Under the pieces are notes generated by a model. It was not told the DNA's origin. It saw only the letters and a list, made by a program, of their open reading frames with translations, and searched no databases. DNA of 7,505 nucleotides from Candidatus Woesearchaeota archaeon (GTDB taxonomy: Archaea; Nanobdellota; Nanobdellia; Nanobdellales; Nanobdellaceae). Both the position numbers and the translations under genes were made by a program. This document shows positions 1 through 5,111 of the stretch, in pieces (within the stretch, counting starts at the first letter, position 1; each line of letters opens with the position of its first letter). The stretch covers positions 1-7,505 of the forward strand of contig CAYXSZ010000069.1 of assembly GCA_964468425.1 (NCBI GenBank), read 5' to 3'.

Positions 1-620
1 ATGTAACCTTCGGTTACGGAGACTGTGATGTATTCATCGGGTCTATCGTGATCTCCAATTACTTTTTGAACCTTTGGATCCCAAACTACCGGGTGCTCTC
101 CTTTAGTAATTAAACCTTTTTCTTTAAGTTTTCTATATTGCCAGTGAACGAACTTTGAATAAGGTTTATTCAAGTAAGTAGTGTAGAACTCCCTCCTCCA
201 ATCTATCGAGAACCCGAACTTCCTAAAAGCTTCTCTATTTTTATCAACAAAGTAAAGTGCCCACCCTTCTGGAGTTTTTAGCTTGTCCCACTCTTCTTCA
301 GGAATCCCGTACGATTTAAGTTCTTCTATTATTTTTGGATCTCCTTCAGAAAGTCTCATCGCTTTTCCAACAATTGGAGCTCCAGTTATATGCCAACCTT
401 GTGGCCAAAGAACATTGTAACCTTTCATTCGCTTGTACCTCGCAAGGAAATCTGCTCTTGAATAAGTGAACGCAGAACCGAGATGAAGCAAACCGTTTAC
501 GTAGGGGTAAGGAACTGTAATGAAGAACTTGGGCCTTTCGTCGGGTTCAGGTTGATATACTTTCTTTTCTTCCCAAATCCTCTGCCATTTGGATTCAATT
601 TCCTTCAGATTGACTGTCAT
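1..620 (-). CDS. leuS: Leucyl-tRNA synthetase, N-terminal part (partial; the CDS continues beyond the left window edge)
   Basis: Not in the supplied ORF track because it is open at the edge. I hand-translated the minus strand from ATG at 620-618: MTVNLKEIESKWQRIWEEKKVYQPEPDERPKFFITVPYPYVNGLLHLGSAFTYSRADFLARYKRMKGYNVLWPQGWHITGAPIVG...REFYTTYLNKPYSKFVHWQYRKLKEKGLITKGEHPVVWDPKVQKVIGDHD.... The frame has no stop down to position 3. It carries the class I HIGH-type signature (HLGS) and the archaeal LeuRS blocks W-H-I-T-G-x-P-I, REFYTT, FxxWQxxKLKEKG and GDHD. Confidence 0.9.
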   Translation of the reverse strand, partial: MTVNLKEIESKWQRIWEEKKVYQPEPDERPKFFITVPYPYVNGLLHLGSAFTYSRADFLARYKRMKGYNVLWPQGWHITGAPIVGKAMRLSEGDPKIIEELKSYGIPEEEWDKLKTPEGWALYFVDKNREAFRKFGFSIDWRREFYTTYLNKPYSKFVHWQYRKLKEKGLITKGEHPVVWDPKVQKVIGDHDRPDEYITVSVTEGY

Positions 621-642
621 AAGAATAATATATCTCGATTAA

Positions 643-650
643 ATTTATTA
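643..650 (-). promoter_or_regulatory. Putative TATA box for leuS (minus strand TAATAAAT)
   Basis: An 8-nt A/T box is centred about 26-27 nt upstream of the leuS ATG at 620. The geometry fits an archaeal promoter driving a leaderless mRNA. Confidence 0.4.
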
Positions 651-771
651 ATAGTCTTGAGGTGGAGAACTGGGTCTTCGCAGTTACTGGAGATGGTAAT
701 TTGTGAAAAATTGTGCAGGGGTTTTGAAAAACTATCTGAAACCAGGAAATCGTAAAAGCTGAAAGTCGGGA

Positions 772-1338
772 GTGGCACTGTGCTTAAGTAAGTTTTATAT
801 TCTTAAAGTTAAAGTATACTATGTGAGCTCTCGCTGTTCGTACATAAAATTATCCTCGTCAGAGGCGAAAGAGCTCGCTAGCAGAGCATGCAATGTTAAA
901 TCGTGCGAAAGAGAAATTCTGTCTGCAATTCTCGATTCAATACCAGATTATATGTTTCATATACTCAGAGTCTTTTATAATTCTCATGTAGAATTCGTAA
1001 CGCTGTCGTCTGGATCTTATTATGAGGATTTCGAAGAGATTTTTGTATACAAATACCTATATGAAACTCGTCCCTTGGATGAAATAGTTAGTGATAGAAA
1101 GTATCCCATCGTTCTTAGCATTATCGAAGTGACAAATTCTCCTCGTAAAATTTTTTCGGGATATAGATTCGTAAAAAATAAAGACGAAACGCTTCTTAGG
1201 TTTTCGATAGGATATAAAATAAAAGGCGTTTATAGAGAAGCGAACAGCTTAGAAGATTTAATACGCTTGCTAGAGGGATTAAGGTCTCTTAGAAAGTATG
1301 TATTCGAGGAAGGTTACAAGCTATGTGGAACAACTTAA
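772..1338 (+). CDS. Hypothetical protein with no recognisable family; start uncertain (GTG 772 as in the ORF track, or more likely GTG 823)
   Basis: This is a long open frame on the strand opposite leuS with a K/E/Y/I-rich composition like its neighbours. It has no in-frame ATG before residue 62. A TATA-like box at 793-800 lies inside the tracked ORF, about 26 nt upstream of the in-frame GTG at 823. I recognised no conserved motif. Confidence 0.5.
   Translation: MALCLSKFYILKVKVYYVSSRCSYIKLSSSEAKELASRACNVKSCEREILSAILDSIPDYMFHILRVFYNSHVEFVTLSSGSYYEDFEEIFVYKYLYETRPLDEIVSDRKYPIVLSIIEVTNSPRKIFSGYRFVKNKDETLLRFSIGYKIKGVYREANSLEDLIRLLEGLRSLRKYVFEEGYKLCGTT
793..800 (+). promoter_or_regulatory. Putative TATA box (TTTTATAT) for the hypothetical ORF
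   Basis: The box is centred about 26-27 nt upstream of the in-frame GTG at 823. It shows the same geometry as the other promoters in the window. Confidence 0.4.
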
Positions 1339-1356
1339 ACAGTTACAAAATACTTG

Positions 1357-1361
1357 TTTTT
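1357..1361 (+). terminator. Oligo-T tract, possible archaeal intrinsic termination signal
   Basis: A TTTTT run sits 19 nt after the TAA stop at 1336-1338, followed by a second T-rich stretch (cttttcc). Archaeal RNA polymerase terminates at oligo-T. Confidence 0.25.
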
Positions 1362-1476
1362 GAATCGCTTTTCCATATCTAAATTTTAGCTCTACAGCTA
1401 TCCGATGGAAAGGGTTCTCGAATTTTAAAGCTGTTCCCGAGTTTGAAGGTAAATAGAAATGACTAATACTAAAATG

Positions 1477-1484
1477 ATTTAAAA
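1477..1484 (+). promoter_or_regulatory. Putative TATA box (ATTTAAAA) for the rps3ae operon
   Basis: The box is centred about 25-27 nt upstream of ATG 1505, so the first cistron would be leaderless. Confidence 0.4.
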
Positions 1485-1504
1485 CTTTTAATCCTGCATA
1501 AGTT

Positions 1505-2113
1505 ATGGGTTACAACAAGAAATATGCTGAATGGAACAAGAAAGTTTGGTACGAAATAATCGCCCCTCAAGAAATATTTAACGAAGCGGTAATTGGAGAA
1601 ACTCCCGCGTACAAGCCAGAGCAGGTTATAGGAAGAACTGTAGACTTGAATTTAGCTTTCTTGACTGGAAACTTTAGGCATCAGAACATGAAAATTATTT
1701 TCCAAATTTACAAGGTCTCCAGTCTCAAGGCGTATGCAGACATCAAGGAAGTCTCCCTTTACGACGCGTACATCAGAAGAATAGTTAGAAAAGGAACTTC
1801 CAGAATAGACGACTCCTTCGAGGTAGAAACGAAGGATGGCATCAAAGTTAGAGTAAAACCTTTGGTAGTTACAAGATATAGAGCACACTACAGGCAGAAG
1901 TCGGCTATAAGAAAGGCTTACAAAGAGTTCTTACTTCAAAAAATCCCTGAATTTAACTACAAAGAACTCGTGGAGAAGGTTATTAATAAAGAAATTCAAA
2001 GCGAAATCTTTCCTGTTTTAAACAAGATCTTCCCAGTTCAGCACGTTGAAATCCGCAGACTCGTGCGAGAGACTCCTATAGTTCAATTAGAGGAGATCCA
2101 GGCTAAAACCTAA
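1505..2113 (+). CDS. rps3ae: 30S ribosomal protein S3Ae (eS1)
   Basis: The 202-aa protein contains KKVWYEIIAPQ, IGETPA, IGRTV, LTGNF, YIRRIVRKGTSRID, TKDG-x-KVRVKP, IRKAY and VEIRR. Together these match the S3Ae/eS1 family pattern along the full length. Confidence 0.95.
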   Translation: MGYNKKYAEWNKKVWYEIIAPQEIFNEAVIGETPAYKPEQVIGRTVDLNLAFLTGNFRHQNMKIIFQIYKVSSLKAYADIKEVSLYDAYIRRIVRKGTSRIDDSFEVETKDGIKVRVKPLVVTRYRAHYRQKSAIRKAYKEFLLQKIPEFNYKELVEKVINKEIQSEIFPVLNKIFPVQHVEIRRLVRETPIVQLEEIQAKT

Positions 2114-2532
2114 TGCTCTTTGTTTTTTATAAGTTAAAAGCTGAAGAAAACTTGCAGGACATCCTCAAAATTGCTAGGGAGTTGAAGCTGGACGTCGCAT
2201 TCATTCCCAGAGAATCTATGAATATCGATTACGAAAAACTCAGAAATATAAAGCATTTTGATCTTTTAGATTACGATTCCTTTTTAAAGAAGGTTGGAAG
2301 TAAAAAGATAGCCTTCATAGAAACTTGTGGAACAAGGTTCGTCCACGAGGTTGATTTATCTGAGTTTTCAGCTTTTGTCTTCGGTTCAGAAGACTATGGG
2401 ATAGATCCTTGCGACATAAAAAAAGCGAAGAACTATGAAGTCCTGAAGATCCCAATTCTTTCTGAAAGTTACAAGGTAGTTTCGAGTTTTGTGATGGTAC
2501 TAACAGAGTTAAAGCTTCAAGGTATTCTATAA
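2113..2532 (+). CDS. Small SPOUT (SpoU/TrmL-like) RNA methyltransferase, divergent
   Basis: The 139-aa layout resembles minimal TrmL/SpoU enzymes. The N-terminal block NLQDILKIARELKLDV resembles motif 1. FVFGSEDYGI matches the LvFGxExxG motif. LKIPILSESYKVVSSFVMVLTE matches the trefoil-knot IPm...SlNvs.a..i.lyE motif, with SYK in place of SLN. The start overlaps the rps3ae stop by 1 nt (TAATG at 2111-2115). Confidence 0.6.
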   Translation: MLFVFYKLKAEENLQDILKIARELKLDVAFIPRESMNIDYEKLRNIKHFDLLDYDSFLKKVGSKKIAFIETCGTRFVHEVDLSEFSAFVFGSEDYGIDPCDIKKAKNYEVLKIPILSESYKVVSSFVMVLTELKLQGIL

Positions 2533-2534
2533 AT

Positions 2535-3683
2535 ATGATCGTCAAAGCCAAGGTTTCTGAAGTGACTGAAGCCTTCCGGGATACGAAGAGCAAGCTACTC
2601 TTGCGAGTTTTGGAGGAAGGAAAACGCGTATTCGCGCTTAAACTACCAAACTTCAAGGGTCTTCTCGGCTTTAACCTTCTCCCAAATCGTAGAATCGGAA
2701 CAGAGCTTGCAGATCTTGTAAAGAGATTTGGTTTAAGGGGTATCTTGCATTCAGATGAACTTCCCGCTTATGGAATTTCGGAGTTGGAGGTAGAAAAAGT
2801 TAAGAAACTCCTTTCTTGTGAAGAGAACGATGCTTTTGTCTTGATTCTTGTTGAAAATGAAGAAAAAGCTAAAACAATTTTCAAGCACATTGTAAACCGA
2901 TTGAACGAAATGATAGAAAAAATCCCAAAGGATACGCGAAAAGCTAATGAAGATGGAACTACTTCTTTCCTCAGACCGCAACCAGGTTCTGCGAGAATGT
3001 ATCCAGAGACGGACTTGCCTCTAATTCTTGTAGATCGTAAAGAAATCGATAGAAGTTCTTATAAAGAGATCGTTTACAAAATAACTCACGGAGACAAAGT
3101 TTATGAATTGAAGTTAGCAAGATTAAAAGAAAAAAATGTAGATTTGTATCTAAAGCTTAAAGAAAACGAAGATTTGTTCGTTCTCGACTCTCTAGATCCC
3201 GAATTTCGAAGAGAAGTCCTAAAGAAACTTGGATTCAACGAAAGCCAGATTGAGAACATTCTTTGGTCGGACAACCCAGATTTGTTTGAAAAATACGCTA
3301 GAAAACTGAAGCCATCCCTCATTTATTACATCTACTTTATGCTTCCTTCCGAAGTTGAAAGCGAGTTTGGCGAAAAGGTTTATCCCGACGAAGACTTCAT
3401 AGAGCAAGCTGCTGACCTCATCTCTAAAAAATTAATCACTAGAGACGCTTTAAAAATTCTTCTTTACGAATACTCCAAAACTCGGAAGCCTCTTAAAGAG
3501 ATTATAGAAGAAAAGGGGTTGAAGAAAGTTTCTGGATCCGAGCTTGAGAATAAAATAGACGAGTTACTTAGCAAATACAAAAATTTAGAAAAGAAAAAAT
3601 TAATCAATAAAATTCTAAGCGAGCTAAGACTTATCGCCGATCCTAAAGAGATAATAGAAATTGTAAATCGTAAACTCAAATAA
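2535..3683 (+). CDS. gatE: Glu-tRNA(Gln) amidotransferase subunit E, C-terminal fragment only (insertion domain, last cradle strands, helical domain and YqeY-like tail)
   Basis: The 382-aa protein contains LKLPNFKGLLG, NRRIGTELAD, GILHSDELPAYGISE, DAFVLILVENE, TRKANEDGTTSFLRPQPGSARMYPETDLP, then a helical K/E-rich tail. These are hallmark GatE blocks from the middle to the C-terminus of the roughly 620-aa archaeal protein. The N-terminal catalytic half is absent. Confidence 0.85.
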   Translation: MIVKAKVSEVTEAFRDTKSKLLLRVLEEGKRVFALKLPNFKGLLGFNLLPNRRIGTELADLVKRFGLRGILHSDELPAYGISELEVEKVKKLLSCEENDAFVLILVENEEKAKTIFKHIVNRLNEMIEKIPKDTRKANEDGTTSFLRPQPGSARMYPETDLPLILVDRKEIDRSSYKEIVYKITHGDKVYELKLARLKEKNVDLYLKLKENEDLFVLDSLDPEFRREVLKKLGFNESQIENILWSDNPDLFEKYARKLKPSLIYYIYFMLPSEVESEFGEKVYPDEDFIEQAADLISKKLITRDALKILLYEYSKTRKPLKEIIEEKGLKKVSGSELENKIDELLSKYKNLEKKKLINKILSELRLIADPKEIIEIVNRKLK

Positions 3684-4606
3684 TGCTTTGCTCGTTTTGC
3701 AAAAATAAGGCAGTTTACAAAAGACAATCCACCTTTTACTGCAGGGAGCACTTCATTAATTATTTTTTGGAAAAAGTACGCAAAACTATACAAAATTTTT
3801 CTCTGCTTGAACCGGGAGAGACTGTTGGAGTCGGGATTTCGGGCGGAAAGGACTCCGTAAGTCTTATGCATGTTCTTTCTCAGCTAAAAGAACTTAAGCT
3901 AAATTTAATAGGAATACACATAGACGAGGGAATCAAAGGATATCGAGATGTTCTGACAAATTTTCTTGAGGAGCTTGCGAGGAAATACAAATGGAATATT
4001 AAAATTTACTCCTTTAAAGATTATTTTGGGTTCACCCTTGATGAAGCGGTTAAGTTGGTTGATGTGAAACCGTGTACAATCTGCGGTGTCTGGAGGCGCT
4101 GGATTTTTTGGAAAGCCTCCCAAGATTTAAAGCTGGACAAAGTCGCGGTAGGACATAATCTTAACGACGAAGCTCAAACTTTCATCATAAATCTCCTGGA
4201 AGGAAACTTGAAAGATCTTGCTAAAGGGGGACCAAAAGTTGGAATTGTAGAAGAATTGTTCGTTCCAAGAGTCAAACCTTTTTTCCTAGTTACCGAAAAG
4301 GAAACAACAATTTATTCTCTTCTCAACGAATTTTATCCGCCAACAAGAGAATGTCCTTACATTAGAGGACAAACTAGAGATTTTATTCGCTCTAAGCTTT
4401 ACTCCTTGGAAAACACCCATCCCGGATTTCAAGAATCTTTAATAAATGGTTACATAAATGAAATAAAAAAACTTAGAAATATTTATCAGCGAAGGATTAA
4501 GTCCGAAGTAGTCCGCTGCTCTGTTTGCGGTTATCCATCGACCAGGGAACTCTGTCGGGCGTGCGAGCTTAGGGAGATCGTAGAAAAAAATGCAGGAAAA
4601 AATTAA
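3683..4606 (+). CDS. PP-loop ATPase, tRNA 2-thiouridine synthetase of the TtuA/NcsA (Ncs6/Ctu1) family
   Basis: The protein has an N-terminal zinc finger (CSFC...C..H) and a PP-loop (SGGKDS). It has Fe-S ligand candidates CTIC plus ECPY, a GHNLNDEAQT block, and a C-terminal zinc finger (CSVC...CRAC). The start overlaps the gatE stop by 1 nt (TAATG at 3681-3685). Confidence 0.85.
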   Translation: MLCSFCKNKAVYKRQSTFYCREHFINYFLEKVRKTIQNFSLLEPGETVGVGISGGKDSVSLMHVLSQLKELKLNLIGIHIDEGIKGYRDVLTNFLEELARKYKWNIKIYSFKDYFGFTLDEAVKLVDVKPCTICGVWRRWIFWKASQDLKLDKVAVGHNLNDEAQTFIINLLEGNLKDLAKGGPKVGIVEELFVPRVKPFFLVTEKETTIYSLLNEFYPPTRECPYIRGQTRDFIRSKLYSLENTHPGFQESLINGYINEIKKLRNIYQRRIKSEVVRCSVCGYPSTRELCRACELREIVEKNAGKN

Positions 4607-5060
4607 CAAAAAAAGACTCTGGGTTTCCATTTTCCTGGCGTCTTTAGTTCTTATTTGGCTAGACTTCTTTGTGGGAAACGCTCTTAGCGAGAAGAAACCT
4701 CTTTTGCTTGGAATCTACGATGTCTCTTTTTTAGGATATTCGCTAGCCGTTTATCCCCTTCTCCTTTTATCTTTTCTAACAATTCCCATAATTCTTTATC
4801 CAGAGCGGTGGAAGCTCTGGATTTTTGTTGGATTAATGATATGGACGCTAAATGACGCCTTGTGGTTCGTAGTCCGACCTGACGAGTGGATAAAATTTTG
4901 GTTTTTCAAGGGAGAAGTAATTTTTAAGTGGTGCTTGATAAACAACGAAGTCTGCATTTACTCAACAGATTATTTAATGGCTTTCTCAATTATAACTCGT
5001 CTACTTATTGGAATATACATCTACAAGAAGTGGATTCAGGGAAGGGCGTGCTCTTCATAG
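4590..5060 (+). CDS. Hypothetical integral membrane protein, about 4 TM segments, Trp-rich
   Basis: Four hydrophobic stretches are visible: WVSIFLASLVLIWLDFFV, FLGYSLAVYPLLLLSFLTIPIILY, LWIFVGLMIWTLNDALWFVV and YLMAFSIITRLLIGIYIY. The N-terminus is positively charged. There are 10 Trp in 156 aa. It overlaps the upstream CDS by 17 nt. I recognised no family. Confidence 0.55.
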   Translation: MQEKINKKRLWVSIFLASLVLIWLDFFVGNALSEKKPLLLGIYDVSFLGYSLAVYPLLLLSFLTIPIILYPERWKLWIFVGLMIWTLNDALWFVVRPDEWIKFWFFKGEVIFKWCLINNEVCIYSTDYLMAFSIITRLLIGIYIYKKWIQGRACSS

Positions 5061-5084
5061 CTCCGCCCCGATGGATTTCATCAT
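5036..5084 (-). ncRNA. C/D box sRNA (2'-O-methylation guide), canonical archaeal architecture
   Basis: The minus strand reads ATGATGA (C, 5084-5078), aatccatcgggg (12 nt), CGGA (D', 5065-5062), gct, ATGAAGA (C', 5058-5052), gcacgcccttcc (12 nt), CTGA (D, 5039-5036). The C and D boxes are perfect, C' and D' each have one mismatch but keep the GA, and the two 12-nt spacers are symmetric and GC-rich. The core is 49 nt. Confidence 0.7.
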
Positions 5085-5090
5085 ATTTTA
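5083..5090 (+). promoter_or_regulatory. Putative TATA box (ATATTTTA) for the trm5-family gene
   Basis: The box is centred about 26 nt upstream of ATG 5112, which fits a leaderless mRNA. It abuts or overlaps the C box of the antisense-oriented sRNA. Confidence 0.4.
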
Positions 5091-5111
5091 AGCTTTGGAG
5101 CTAATTAAATA

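Noticed and set aside
483-755. Plus-strand 90-aa ORF from the supplied track
   Set aside because: Positions 483-620 are antisense to the strongly supported leuS CDS. The remainder runs through the leuS promoter and spacer. The composition is low-complexity with no motifs, so this is a shadow ORF.
824-878. Imperfect inverted repeat GAGCTCTCGC ... GCGA-AA-GAGCTC at the 5' end of the orphan ORF, with a possible 10-bp stem and a 30-nt loop
   Set aside because: Much of the match comes from two copies of the self-palindromic hexamer GAGCTC. There is a 2-nt bulge, a long unstructured loop and no H/ACA or K-turn features. It lies inside a coding frame. The evidence is too weak to call an RNA element.
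1394-1435. ACAGCT / AGCTGT 6-bp inverted repeat, plus weak C-box-like gatgga and aatgatt, in the 166-nt spacer before rps3ae
   Set aside because: The stem is short with a 30-nt loop. No D box (CTGA) is present and the box matches are poor. This is compatible with chance in AT-rich DNA.
1652-1888. Minus-strand 78-aa ORF
   Set aside because: It lies entirely antisense to the well-supported rps3ae CDS and has no motifs.
2443-2465. cTGAAGA + 12 nt + CTGA (C'/D-like) inside the SPOUT CDS
   Set aside because: No C box or D' is found at the required upstream spacing. It is embedded in coding sequence and is likely coincidental.
2315-2656. Minus-strand 113-aa ORF
   Set aside because: It is antisense to the SPOUT and gatE CDSs and spans their junction. 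It is S/L-rich and low-complexity, typical of a shadow frame.
2535-3683. gatE fragment as a decaying pseudogene
   Set aside because: The 382-codon frame is fully intact and retains conserved motifs. It begins at a domain boundary with its own ATG and is translationally coupled to both neighbours. I therefore treat it as a functional split-gene half, not a pseudogene. This cannot be proven from the sequence alone.
2751-3871. Minus-strand ORFs 2751-2981, 3101-3322, 3219-3407 and 3464-3871
   Set aside because: All are antisense to the gatE fragment or the start of the TtuA-like gene. They are S/F/L-rich shadows of K/E-rich coding sequence and have no recognisable motifs.
4028-4188. TGATGA cores at 4029-4034 (plus strand) and 4188-4182 (minus strand) inside the TtuA-like CDS, and at 6990-6984 (minus strand) inside the GalT-like CDS
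   Set aside because: None is followed by a CTGA D box at canonical spacing or by plausible C'/D' boxes. They simply encode Asp/Glu/Met-type codons.
3905-4630. Minus-strand ORFs 3905-4123 and 4439-4630
   Set aside because: They are antisense to the motif-supported TtuA-like CDS and are shadow frames.
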